Assembly (NCBI GenBank): GCA_041611735.1
Contig: JBFIML010000036.1
Coordinates: 1-45,184, forward strand
DNA length: 45,184 nt
Direction: 5' to 3'
From: Myxococcota bacterium
GTDB taxonomy: Bacteria; Myxococcota_A; UBA9160; PR03
Positions 8,848 to 17,829 of the stretch are shown here, piece after piece. Both the position numbers and the translations under genes were made by a program. The stretch's first letter is position 1; each line of letters starts with the position of its first letter. The notes below the pieces were generated by a model. It was not told the DNA's origin. It saw nothing but the letters and a program-made list of their open reading frames with translations, and searched no databases.

Positions 8848-8865
8848 GGCGGAGGGAGTTGCGAG

Positions 8866-10551
8866 TTGACGCGGAGCCAGGCGCCCGCACGCATCGATCT
8901 CCTGCTCGCGCTCGGGGTGCTGCTCGTCGCCCTGGCGCTGCGCGGCCTCTACCTGCGCGACCTGGTCGGCGTACCCTTCTTCGAGCATCTGGTGGGCGAC
9001 GCCCGGACCTACGACGCCTGGGCTCGCCGCATCGCCGGCGGCGACTGGTGGGGGGACAGGGTCTTCTACCAGGCGCCCGCGTACCCCTACTTCCTGGCCG
9101 TCGTCTACCGCCTGGCGGGAGCGGACCTGTGGTGGGCCCACGTCGCCCAGCTGGTCCTCGGAGCCATCGCGTGCGTCTTCGTGTTCGCCGCCACGCGGCT
9201 CTTCTTCGAGCGCCAGGCGGCCCTGGCGGCGGGGCTCCTGGCCGCCGCCCTGCCCACCGCCCTCTACGCGGACGGCGTGATCCAGAAGACCTCGCTCTCC
9301 TTCTTCCTGACCACGCTGCTGCTGGTACCCCTGGCCGCCTTCGCCCGGCGCCCGGGCATAGGACGCGCGGCGGCGGGCGGCTTCGTGCTCGGCCTCCTGG
9401 CCCTGACGCGCGAGAACGCGCTCGTGCTGCTGGCCGTGATCCCGCTCTGGATGGGACTGCGGGTCGGCCCGGGGTCCCGGCGGCTCGCCGGGCCGCTGGC
9501 CTTCACACTGGCGACGCTCACGCTGCTCGGCCTGGTGGGGCTGCGCAACTGGAGCGTGGGCGACACCTTCGCCCTCACCACCTCCCAGGCCGGCCCGAAC
9601 TTCTACATGGGCAACCATGCCCAGGCCACCGGCACCTACGTGCCGCTGCTGGCCGGGCGCCAGACGCCCGAGTTCGAGGGACCCGATGCGACGCGGCTGG
9701 CCGAGCAGGCGCTCGGGCGCCCGCTCACGCCCGGAGAGGTGTCGCGCTACTGGTTCGGCCGGGCCGGGGAATTCATCCGAGAGCAGCCCGGCCGCTGGCT
9801 GGTGCTGCTCGCCTGGAAGACGCTCCTCACCGTGAACGCCTTCGAGCTCCCGGACACCGAGGACGTCTACCTCTACGCCGACTTCTCCCCGCTCCTGCGC
9901 GTCCTGCTACGATGGCTCCACTTCGGAGTGCTGCTGCCCCTGGCGGTGGTGGGCTTCGTCTTGGCACGCCGCGAGCGCGGCGCGACGCTCTTGGCCGCCC
10001 TGGCCGCGTGCTTCGCGGCGAGCGTGGCCGTCTTCTACGTGGTCGCCCGCTACCGCTTTCCCCTGGCCGCCTTCCTGCTGCCCCTGGCGGGGGTGGGCGT
10101 CGCACGCCTGCTGCCGGGGATCTACCGGGGCCAGTGGCGGCGGCTCCTGGCCCCGGCGCTGGCGGCCGGGTTGGCGGCGGCCCTCTCGAACGTCCCCCTC
10201 ATCGACGCGACGCCGCATCGCATGGTCGCCTACATGAACCTCGGTTCGATCTTCCTGGAGGAGGGAAAGCTCGCCGTGGCGGAGCGCTACCTGGAGCACG
10301 CGCGCCGCCTGGGGGAGAACGTGGATCTGGAGGTGCACTTCGGCGTCCTGCGGCTTCGCCAGGGGCAGCTCGCCCGGGCCCGCGGGCATGCGGAGCGCAG
10401 CATGGCGCTCGCGCCCCGGGATCCTCGCGGCTACGCCCTGATGGCCCGCACCCTGCGCCGGGAGGGGCGCCGGGAGGAGGCGGACCGCTTCAGCCGCGAG
10501 GCCGTCCGCCTGGATCGGGCCCGCGGCTCGGGTGCGCCCCTCCTCGAGTAA
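8866..10551 (+). CDS. GT-C (PMT_2/GT39-like) glycosyltransferase with C-terminal TPR
   Basis: TTG follows GGAGGGAG. Motifs GDARTYDAWA, FYQAPAYPYFLA, ALTREN, NFYMGN and ARYRFP, with a TPR-like helical C-terminus. Confidence 0.82.
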   Translation: MTRSQAPARIDLLLALGVLLVALALRGLYLRDLVGVPFFEHLVGDARTYDAWARRIAGGDWWGDRVFYQAPAYPYFLAVVYRLAGADLWWAHVAQLVLGAIACVFVFAATRLFFERQAALAAGLLAAALPTALYADGVIQKTSLSFFLTTLLLVPLAAFARRPGIGRAAAGGFVLGLLALTRENALVLLAVIPLWMGLRVGPGSRRLAGPLAFTLATLTLLGLVGLRNWSVGDTFALTTSQAGPNFYMGNHAQATGTYVPLLAGRQTPEFEGPDATRLAEQALGRPLTPGEVSRYWFGRAGEFIREQPGRWLVLLAWKTLLTVNAFELPDTEDVYLYADFSPLLRVLLRWLHFGVLLPLAVVGFVLARRERGATLLAALAACFAASVAVFYVVARYRFPLAAFLLPLAGVGVARLLPGIYRGQWRRLLAPALAAGLAAALSNVPLIDATPHRMVAYMNLGSIFLEEGKLAVAERYLEHARRLGENVDLEVHFGVLRLRQGQLARARGHAERSMALAPRDPRGYALMARTLRREGRREEADRFSREAVRLDRARGSGAPLLE

Positions 10552-10606
10552 CCTAGGCTCGGGCCGCGCATCCCAGGAAGACCCACGCAAGATGGAGGCG
10601 ACGCCG

Positions 10607-11353
10607 ATGGTGCTCAACCAGCAGCAGCTGGCGCAGTGCGAGCAGTCGCGCTGGGACTTCTCCGATCTCCGCGCGCTCTTCATCAACTGCACGCTCAAGC
10701 GCTCGCCGGAGCTGAGCCACACCGAGGGGCTGATCCGCATCTCCCAGGCGATCCTCGAGCAGAACGGCGTCGCGGTCGAGTTGGTGCGCGCCGTGGACCG
10801 CGAGATCGCCTCCGGCGTGTATCCGGACATGACCGAGCACGGCTGGAAACTCGACGACTGGCCGGCGCTCTTCGAGAAGGTGAAGGCCGCCGACATCCTG
10901 GTGCTGACGACCCCCATCTGGCTGGGCGAGAAGTCTTCCGTCTGCACGCGGGTGATCGAGCGACTGTACGGCAACTCACACCTGCTGAACGAGAGCGGCC
11001 AGTACGCCTACTACGGCAAGGTGGGGGGCTGCCTGGTCACGGGCAACGAGGACGGCGCCAAGCACTGCGCCATGAACGTCCTCTACAGCCTCCAGCACCT
11101 GGGCTATGTGATCCCGCCCCAGGCCGATGCGGGCTGGATCGGCGAGGCCGGCCCCGGCCCCTCCTACCTGGATCCCGGCAGCGGCGGGCCGGAGAACGAC
11201 TTCACCAACCGCAGCACCACCTTCATGACCTGGAACCTGCTGCACCTGGCGCGCCTGCTCCGGGACGCCGGCGGGATCCCGGCCCACGGCAACCAGCGCA
11301 GCGAGTGGGACGCCGGCTGCCGCTTCGACTTCCCGAACCCGGACTACCGCTAG
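10607..11353 (+). CDS. Flavodoxin-like NAD(P)H-dependent FMN reductase family protein
   Basis: Motifs FINCTLKRSPELSHT, ADILVLTTPIWLG and GCLVTGNEDG. GGAGG lies 8 nt before ATG 10607. Confidence 0.88.
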   Translation: MVLNQQQLAQCEQSRWDFSDLRALFINCTLKRSPELSHTEGLIRISQAILEQNGVAVELVRAVDREIASGVYPDMTEHGWKLDDWPALFEKVKAADILVLTTPIWLGEKSSVCTRVIERLYGNSHLLNESGQYAYYGKVGGCLVTGNEDGAKHCAMNVLYSLQHLGYVIPPQADAGWIGEAGPGPSYLDPGSGGPENDFTNRSTTFMTWNLLHLARLLRDAGGIPAHGNQRSEWDAGCRFDFPNPDYR

Positions 11354-11364
11354 GAGCTGGCCAC

Positions 11365-12342
11365 GTGGACGGCGCGGACTTCGCGAAGCATCTCGAAGGG
11401 GAGGGTCTCGCGCCCCTGCGCCGCGGCCCCGTGCGCACGCTCCAGGTGAACGTGACGCGGCGCTGCAACCTCGCCTGTCACCACTGCCACGTGGAGTCCG
11501 GGCCGAAGCGCAGCGAGGCCCTGGACCGGCGCGGGGCCGAGCGAGTGCTGGAGCTGCTGGCCGGGAACCCCGGCGTCGAGGTGCTCGACCTGACCGGGGG
11601 CGCCCCCGAGCTGAGCGAGCACTTCCGCCCCCTGGTGGCGGGCGCGCGCGCGCTCGGCCGGCGCGTCATCGACCGCTGCAACCTGACGGTCCTCTTCGAG
11701 CCCGGTCAGGAGGACACGGCCGCGTTCCTGGCCGCCCACCGGGTGGAGGTGGTGGCCTCCCTGCCCTGCTACACCAGGGAGAACGTGGAGCAGCAGCGCG
11801 GGCGCGGCGTCTTCGACGGGAGCCTCGCGGCGCTGCGTCTGTTGAACAGCCTGGGCTACGGGCTGCCGGGCTCCCCGCTGCGGCTCGACCTCGTCTACAA
11901 CCCGCTCGGCGCCAGCCTGCCCCCAGCGCAGCCGGAGCTCGAGCGCCGCTACCGGGCGGAGCTGCGCCAGCTCTTCGGTCTCGAGTTCCAGCGGCTGCTG
12001 ACCCTCACCAACATGCCCATCAAGCGCTTCGCCCGGGAGCTCGCGCGCAGCGGCCGCCAGGCGGCCTACCTGGCGCTGCTGGTCAACCACTTCAACCCGG
12101 AGACCGTGCCGGAGCTCATGTGCCGAACGCTTCTCTCGGTGGGCTACGACGGGCGGCTCCACGACTGCGATTTCAACCAGATGCTGGATCTCGAGCTCCC
12201 GGGAGCCGCGCGGACCATCTGGGACGTGGACGATCTCGGGACCCTGGCGGGCGCGCCGATCGCCACCGCGTCCCACTGCTTCGGTTGCACCGCCGGCGCC
12301 GGCTCGAGCTGCGGGGGCGCACTGTCCGGCGGCGCAGGCTGA
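11365..12342 (+). CDS. arsS: Arsenosugar-biosynthesis-type radical SAM protein (DUF3641 C-terminus)
   Basis: TLQVNVTRRCNLACHHCHV (CxxxCxxC), DLTGGAPE, IDRCNLT, ASLPCY, LVYNP, NMPIKRF, MCRTLLSV, DCDFNQML and HCFGCTAGAGSSCGG. TAGGAG RBS. Confidence 0.9.
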   Translation: MDGADFAKHLEGEGLAPLRRGPVRTLQVNVTRRCNLACHHCHVESGPKRSEALDRRGAERVLELLAGNPGVEVLDLTGGAPELSEHFRPLVAGARALGRRVIDRCNLTVLFEPGQEDTAAFLAAHRVEVVASLPCYTRENVEQQRGRGVFDGSLAALRLLNSLGYGLPGSPLRLDLVYNPLGASLPPAQPELERRYRAELRQLFGLEFQRLLTLTNMPIKRFARELARSGRQAAYLALLVNHFNPETVPELMCRTLLSVGYDGRLHDCDFNQMLDLELPGAARTIWDVDDLGTLAGAPIATASHCFGCTAGAGSSCGGALSGGAG

Positions 12343-12365
12343 GCCCCGGCGGGCCCCTCACGCCC

Positions 12366-13946
12366 GTGGCGGCGCAGCGCAGCGACCGGCTCTTCGTGCT
12401 CGCCGTCGGCCTCGTGCTGACGGTCGTCACCAGCGTGCCCTACGCGGTGGGCCTGCTGGCGGACCTCGAGGGGCGCTTCGACTGGCACCTGGTCTTCGAA
12501 GCGGACCAGAACGCCTATTTCGGCTTCATGCGGCAGGCCCGGGAGGGGGCCTTCTTCTTCACGAACCCCTTCACCCCCGAGTACCACCGGCCGGTGGTCG
12601 TCAACCTGGAGTGGGCCGCCGTGGGCTACCTGGCGCGCGGGACGGGCCTCTCCCTGGAGGCCACCTACCACCTGCTGCGCGGGGTCTTCGTCCTCGTCTT
12701 CTGCGGCGCGCTGCACTGGCTCTCGGGCTTCCTGTTCGAAACCCGGCTGGCGCGACGTCTGGTGCTGCTGCTGCTCGGCTTCGGCGGCGGCTTCGGCTGG
12801 CTCCTGTACCTGCCGGGGATCGGCGCCCAGCTGAACCCCCGACTCTTCCTCGACCTCGGGGTGGGCTTCCATCCCTTCTTCTGGATGCTGCTCCAGCCCC
12901 ACTTCCTGATGGGCGAGACGCTGGCGCTGCTGTGCCTGGGCCTCTTCCTGCGCGGGGAGACCACGGACGACGTACGCTGGCACACCGGGGCCTCGGCCCT
13001 GTGCGCCGTGCTCGGACTCGTCCGCCCGTACGACGTCCTCCACGTGCTGAGCGCCCTGGGCCTCTACACGGCGCTGCGCGGCCTGCGGGGGCCGGAGCGC
13101 CGCACGGCGCTCTGGCGCGGGGTCCTGGTGGCGACGCCCTCCCTGGCGGTGCTGGGCTACTACCTCTGGCTGTTTCGCCACCCGGTGATCCGCTGGTGGG
13201 CGATCCAGAACTCCCTGGCGCCCCTCGTGCCGAGCGTGGTCGCCCTGAGCCTGGGCGGGAGCGCGCTCCTGCTGCTCTCGCTGCTGGCGACGCCAGGCCA
13301 GGCCGGGGGACGGCGTCCAGCCGCGACCCTGCTCGGCTGCAGTGCCTTCGCCGCCTTCGCGCTCTACTACGCCTATCCCCTGCTGGCTTCCTCCGCCCAG
13401 TTCGGGACGATGCTCGTGGTCCCCACCGTGCTGGTGGGGCTCATGGGCCGCGAGGCCATCCTGGTCCGGCTCTCCCGGCGCGGCGCCTGGGGCGCCGCGC
13501 TGCTGGCGGGGGCCGTCGGGCTCAACGCCCTCGGCTCCGTGGCGCTCGTGGCGCGACACACCGCGGAGGTGGCACGCGGGGCTCACCGGACGCCGGAGGC
13601 GGTCCTCGAGGCCTACGCGTGGCTGGGCACCCATGCGCGACCCGGCGAGGTGGTGCTGGCCTCGGACGAGCACAGCAACCGCCTGCCGCGCTTCACGCCC
13701 GTGCGCGTGGTCTCCGGGCAGTCCTTCTTCACGGCGGACTACGCGTCGAAGTCCCGGGCGGTGGCCCGCTTCTTCGACCCGCGCACGGACGAGCGCTGGC
13801 GGCAGGCGCTGGTCGAGCGCTTCCAGGTGCGCTTCGTGGTCTCCGAGGTCGGCGATGGGCGCGGCTGGGATCCCGCCCACTCGGTTCTCTTCCGCGAGGT
13901 CTTCCGGAACGAAGCCCTCGCGATCTTCGTGCCGGAGCGGCGCTAG
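12366..13946 (+). CDS. Large integral membrane protein, probable GT-C fold
   Basis: An acidic loop after TM1 (EADQNAYFGFMRQA, NPFTPEYH), more than 10 TM segments, and a soluble tail (AYAWL..GEVVLAS, FRNE) typical of GT-C-like proteins. Confidence 0.7.
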   Translation: MAAQRSDRLFVLAVGLVLTVVTSVPYAVGLLADLEGRFDWHLVFEADQNAYFGFMRQAREGAFFFTNPFTPEYHRPVVVNLEWAAVGYLARGTGLSLEATYHLLRGVFVLVFCGALHWLSGFLFETRLARRLVLLLLGFGGGFGWLLYLPGIGAQLNPRLFLDLGVGFHPFFWMLLQPHFLMGETLALLCLGLFLRGETTDDVRWHTGASALCAVLGLVRPYDVLHVLSALGLYTALRGLRGPERRTALWRGVLVATPSLAVLGYYLWLFRHPVIRWWAIQNSLAPLVPSVVALSLGGSALLLLSLLATPGQAGGRRPAATLLGCSAFAAFALYYAYPLLASSAQFGTMLVVPTVLVGLMGREAILVRLSRRGAWGAALLAGAVGLNALGSVALVARHTAEVARGAHRTPEAVLEAYAWLGTHARPGEVVLASDEHSNRLPRFTPVRVVSGQSFFTADYASKSRAVARFFDPRTDERWRQALVERFQVRFVVSEVGDGRGWDPAHSVLFREVFRNEALAIFVPERR

Positions 13947-14053
13947 CTCCCGAACGGGACGCCGCAGAAGCCGGTCACGTGCACGTCGGAACCGAGAAAC
14001 CCGGTGGCCGGGGCCGGTCCGGGCCGAGAGCGCGGGCGGGCGCTGGGCCTGCG

Positions 14054-14509
14054 CTAGCCGCGGGCGGGGTCGGGCGCGAGCAGGGTCGGCGCCGCGTCCG
14101 GGTCGAAGCAGGCCGCGGCGAGCTCCCGGAAGACCTCCGCCAGCTTCGCGCCGGGCTGCAGGCGGAAGCGCTGCAGGTCGGCGTCGTCGAGGTGGACCTC
14201 CTGGCCGGTGTGCTCGCGCAGGATGGCCTCGATGCGGGCCGGGGTCAGATCCTCGGGCTCCACCTGGACCACGGCGGTGGTGCCGTCCGCCCGGGCCATG
14301 TAGACGGCCCCGGTATAGAAGTCGATGCCGAAGGCCACCAGGCCGGGGATCACGAACAGGAGCAGGAGGATGCCGTCCAGGATCAGCACGGCGGGATCCA
14401 CCCGGGTGCCGCGCCGGCCGTGGCGCTCCGGGTAGAGCAGCGTCCCGCAGGCGAGCTGGAAGGCCAGCGAGACCCCCAGGATCCCGAGCAGCCAGCGTCG
14501 TATCGACAT
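14054..14509 (-). CDS. Conserved hypothetical lipoprotein with a hydrophobic hairpin
   Basis: Signal peptide with QLAC lipobox, then CGTLLYPER...DPAVLILDGILLLLFVIPGLVAFGIDFYTGAVY. GGGAGAGGAG RBS. Confidence 0.8.
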   Translation of the reverse strand: MSIRRWLLGILGVSLAFQLACGTLLYPERHGRRGTRVDPAVLILDGILLLLFVIPGLVAFGIDFYTGAVYMARADGTTAVVQVEPEDLTPARIEAILREHTGQEVHLDDADLQRFRLQPGAKLAEVFRELAAACFDPDAAPTLLAPDPARG

Positions 14510-14555
14510 GGTCGCACTCCTCTCCCGACGCATCGCGACCGGAGAACCCGTCCTG

Positions 14556-14571
14556 CGTGATGCCTGTCACA
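14556..14571. promoter_or_regulatory. CRP/FNR-family-like palindrome
   Basis: CGTGA-N6-TCACA is a 9/10 match to TGTGA-N6-TCACA and lies between divergent genes. TATACT is at 14605-14610. Confidence 0.35.
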
Positions 14572-14658
14572 CAAACCGGGCCGGGCCGGGTCTCCCTCGG
14601 CGCCTATACTGGGCGCGGACCCGGGGGGGCCGGTGCTCCCGGCCCTGGGGAGGACATC

Positions 14659-15534
14659 GTGAGGGACCTCGGTGGCCGGGTGGCGGTGGTGACCGGCGCG
14701 GGGAGCGGGATCGGCCGCGCCCTGGCCGACCGCTTCGGCGCCCTGGGCATGAAGGTGGTGCTGGCCGACGTGGAGGCCGGGGCCCTGGAGCGGGCGGAGG
14801 CCGCGCTGCGTGGCCGGGGCGTCGAGACCCTGGCGGTGCCCACCGACGTGATGCGGGCCGAGGACGTGCAGGCCCTGGCGGATCGCACCCTGGCCGCCTT
14901 CGGCGCCGTCCACGTGGTCTGCAACAACGCCGGCGTCTTCGCGGGCGGCCTGGCCTGGGAGATGCCGCTCGAGGACTGGGAGTGGACGCTGGGCGTGAAC
15001 GTGTGGGGCGTGATCCACGGCATCCGGACCTTCGTGCCGCTGCTGCTGGCCCAGGACGAGGAGACGCACCTGGTGAACACCGCCTCCATGGCCGCCACCA
15101 TCAGCATGCCGTACTCGGCCGCCTACACCGCCAGCAAGCACGCGGTGCTGGCCCTCTCCGAGTGCCTGTACCACGAGCTCGCCCTGCGCGGGGCCAGGCT
15201 CTCGGTCTCGGTCCTGTGCCCGGAGATGGTGGCCACCCACATCGACCGCGCGGAGCGCAACCGCCCCGCCGGCCTGCGGCCGCCGCAGACTCCGGACTCC
15301 CCGGAGCGCGCGCTCACCCGGCAGGCCGTCGCCGAGGCGGTGAAGGTGGGAACACCCCCCGCGGTCGTCGCGGAGCGGGTGGTGGAGGCCATGCGGGAGA
15401 AGCGCTTCTACGTGCTCTCCGAGGACGCCTGGCGGCGCGCCGCGGCGGTGCGTCTCGAGGACGTGCGCCTCGGCCGCAATCCGACCTTCGCGCCGCCCGT
15501 GGACGAGCACGCCCGGCCCACCGAGGAGCGCTGA
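14659..15534 (+). CDS. Short-chain dehydrogenase/reductase (SDR)
   Basis: Motifs TGAGSGIG, CNNAG and YTASK. GGAGG RBS before the GTG. Confidence 0.93.
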   Translation: MRDLGGRVAVVTGAGSGIGRALADRFGALGMKVVLADVEAGALERAEAALRGRGVETLAVPTDVMRAEDVQALADRTLAAFGAVHVVCNNAGVFAGGLAWEMPLEDWEWTLGVNVWGVIHGIRTFVPLLLAQDEETHLVNTASMAATISMPYSAAYTASKHAVLALSECLYHELALRGARLSVSVLCPEMVATHIDRAERNRPAGLRPPQTPDSPERALTRQAVAEAVKVGTPPAVVAERVVEAMREKRFYVLSEDAWRRAAAVRLEDVRLGRNPTFAPPVDEHARPTEER

Positions 15535-15643
15535 GGGCCGCTCGGCAGGACCCGCTGAGGCAAACGGCGACGCGCCGGGCCTCGCCGGCGGGACATTGCG
15601 CCTCACGGGCGAGCCTCGCGCCCGGCTGTCCGGGCCTCGTGCC

Positions 15644-15659
15644 TGGAACGCCCCTTGCA
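15644..15659 (+). promoter_or_regulatory. Putative sigma54 (-24/-12) promoter
   Basis: TGGAAC-GCCCC-TTGCA with exact GG-N10-GC spacing, 45 nt before ATG 15704. Confidence 0.55.
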
Positions 15660-15703
15660 CTGGGCCGGCTCGTCCGCGCTCGCGCGGAAGGATGGAGGGG
15701 AAC

Positions 15704-16696
15704 ATGCAGACCGAGGGACGATGGGCCCGATGGCTCGGCCCGGGCGTGGCCTTCCTGGCGAGTCTCGCCATCGCCGGACCGGCGGGCGCCGACAGCCATG
15801 CGCACTGTGAGGGCTGGTTCCCGGACTTCTCGTGCGAACGCAGCGGGCGCTGGGAAGGATTCCACCGGCCGATCGTCGCGCCCTATCTGTTCGAGGATCC
15901 CTTCATCACCACCGGTGTCCAGGCCTATCACCTGTGGCACGACTTCCCGGAGCGCTCGGTCTTCCAAGGTGGGGACCTCCACGCCTTCGCGGTGCAGGCG
16001 CGCGTCGCGCTCACCGACCGCCTGGCGCTCATCGCCACCAAGGACGGCTACGTCTGGAACCGCCCCGATCTGAACCTGCTCGACGACACGCAGGGCTCCA
16101 TGAATCTGGCCGGCGGCGTCAAGTACGCCCTCCTCGTCGACGAGGAGCGCCGCGTGATGGTGAGCCCGGCGCTGCGCTTCGAGCTGCCCACCGGCAGCTC
16201 CGACACCTTCCAGGGCCACTCGGACGGGCTCTTCATCCCGTCCGTCTCGGCGGCCTGGGGCCCGGGCCCCTGGCGGCTCATGGGCGGCTTCGGCAGCCAG
16301 ATCCCCCTGGACGGGGGGCAGCAGAGCGCGTCGATCTTCTACCAGCTCTACGCCGGCTACGAGCTCACCCCGATGGTGAAGCCCTTCCTGCAGCTGAGCG
16401 GCATCACCTGGGTGCACTCGGGCGACGGCAAGCTTCCGGTGCGACTCAAGTCGGGCGGGACGATTCCCCTGGACGCGGCCCAGAGCGCCCTCGGAACCGG
16501 GCGTTTCGACGGCGCGGACGTGGTCAACCTGGGCTCGCGGGGCGTCGCCGGCCAGGACCTCTTCACCTGGGCCCTGGGCGCGCACGTACCGTTCACCGAG
16601 CACCTGACCCTGTCGCTGGCCTACGAGCGCCCCTTCAGCCACCAGAAGGGCATCTTCAAGCAGCGCGTCACCACCAGCGTGGGCCTCGAGTTCTAG
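15704..16696 (+). CDS. Secreted, probable outer-membrane beta-barrel protein
   Basis: Signal peptide (..GPAGA/DS), alternating amphipathic beta-strands, FELPTG motif, C-terminal Phe (VGLEF) and GGAGGG RBS. Confidence 0.7.
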   Translation: MQTEGRWARWLGPGVAFLASLAIAGPAGADSHAHCEGWFPDFSCERSGRWEGFHRPIVAPYLFEDPFITTGVQAYHLWHDFPERSVFQGGDLHAFAVQARVALTDRLALIATKDGYVWNRPDLNLLDDTQGSMNLAGGVKYALLVDEERRVMVSPALRFELPTGSSDTFQGHSDGLFIPSVSAAWGPGPWRLMGGFGSQIPLDGGQQSASIFYQLYAGYELTPMVKPFLQLSGITWVHSGDGKLPVRLKSGGTIPLDAAQSALGTGRFDGADVVNLGSRGVAGQDLFTWALGAHVPFTEHLTLSLAYERPFSHQKGIFKQRVTTSVGLEF

Positions 16697-17139
16697 GGTG
16701 GCCCGCCCGGTCCGGGGGTCTGGGAGGCCGGATCGGGCGGGCCCTTCAGCTCCACCACGTTGCCGTCGGGGTCGCGCACGTAGAGGGACGGGCCGAAGCC
16801 CTCCGCACCGTAGCGACGGCCCACGTCGCCGGGCTCGGCGCCGTGCCGGGCCAGGTGGGCGCGCAGCGCCTCCGCATCGAAGGGCTCGATCTGGAGCGCC
16901 ACGTGGTCCACGTTGCGCCCCTCCGGGCCCGGCGCCGCTCCGCCCAGGCGGCCGAGCGGCGTGTCGACGCCCACCAGGTCGATGAGCGAGCGGCCCGCCC
17001 GCAGCTGCACGAGCCCCAGCTCGTCCACGCGCCGTTCGAGCTGGCAGCCCAGCACCTCCGCGTAGAAGCGGAGCGCCCGCTCCACGTCCAGCGTGCGCAG
17101 CACCACGTGATCGAGGCCGCGGACGCGGAACGGGATCAC
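16693..17139 (-). CDS. VOC/glyoxalase family protein
   Basis: Motifs LDHVVLR, FYAEVLG, NVDHVAL, RYGAEGFGPSLY and DPDGNVVELK. Confidence 0.92.
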   Translation of the reverse strand: MIPFRVRGLDHVVLRTLDVERALRFYAEVLGCQLERRVDELGLVQLRAGRSLIDLVGVDTPLGRLGGAAPGPEGRNVDHVALQIEPFDAEALRAHLARHGAEPGDVGRRYGAEGFGPSLYVRDPDGNVVELKGPPDPASQTPGPGGPP

Positions 17140-17163
17140 GGCGGCCGGACCTCTGGCACCGCG

Positions 17164-17673
17164 CTAGGAGGCCGGCCCGCTCCGCTCCAGGAGCGCCGGC
17201 CGCCCGTCCCGCTCGCCGACCCGGGCCAGCAGGCGCCCGTCCGCGTCGCGCGCCGCCAGCGTCTCGCCCTCCCGCGTCACCACGAACTGCTGGAGCTCGC
17301 CGGCGGGCGAGCGCACGGACACCTGGACTACGTCCACGGCCAGCGGGGTCAGGCTCACCAGGGAGCCGTCGGGCGCCACCGCGCTGCGGGTGCCCGGCGT
17401 GGGCTGGATCGGGTTCTCACCGGTCCAGAACTCGATCGAGTTCGCCAGCAGGAGATCGATGGTGGTGGCCAGTCCGTAGACCGGAATGACGTTCAGCACC
17501 AGGAACACGAACCAGCGCATCCAGGGATCCGGCGTCACGTCCACGTTGAACTTGTACACGTTCCGCAGCAGCTGGAATTTTCCGAAGCAGGCGAGCGACC
17601 CCGCCGGGATCAGCGAGGCCAGCAGCAGCGTCGCCACGGCGCGTTGCAAGACGTTCTGGGGTTTTTCCCTCAC
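17164..17673 (-). CDS. DUF3332 family lipoprotein-like protein
   Basis: ACFGKFQL, WFVFLVLNVIPVYG and DLLLANSIEFWTGENP. GAGGAGG RBS before GTG 17673. Confidence 0.82.
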   Translation of the reverse strand: MREKPQNVLQRAVATLLLASLIPAGSLACFGKFQLLRNVYKFNVDVTPDPWMRWFVFLVLNVIPVYGLATTIDLLLANSIEFWTGENPIQPTPGTRSAVAPDGSLVSLTPLAVDVVQVSVRSPAGELQQFVVTREGETLAARDADGRLLARVGERDGRPALLERSGPAS

Positions 17674-17701
17674 AATAGACCTCCTCGGCTTGATGGCCTT
17701 G

Positions 17702-17731
17702 AGCATATCACCGTAGGGCCCGAAACTTAAA
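17702..17731 (-). promoter_or_regulatory. Putative extended -10 promoter for the DUF3332 gene
   Basis: Minus strand TTTAAG-N18-TATGCT, with TGn immediately before the -10. Confidence 0.45.
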
Positions 17732-17829
17732 CTGCGGGCCCGATGAGCCGATACGCCCTCCGTTGCGCGCGTCGGTCGGCGCCGTGCGCGGGCCCCGGGT
17801 CGATGCCACCCGCCGGGCAGGAGATCGCC

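Noticed and set aside
6211..10556. Very long alternative ORFs (6211-9618 minus, 6393-10556 plus; likewise 23242-25971, 29310-32030, 32223-35522)
   Set aside because: These are Arg/Pro/Gly/Ala-rich shadow frames of real genes, expected at this GC content, and carry no recognisable motifs.
12290..12342. Possible selenocysteine in the ArsS C-terminal SS(U/C)GG motif
   Set aside because: The codon is TGC (Cys), and the ORF ends normally a few codons later.
15556..15605. GGCAAAC suggesting a c-di-GMP-I riboswitch
   Set aside because: It lacks the GNRA tetraloop, the GACGCAAAG junction and the P3 receptor. I kept it only as an inverted repeat.
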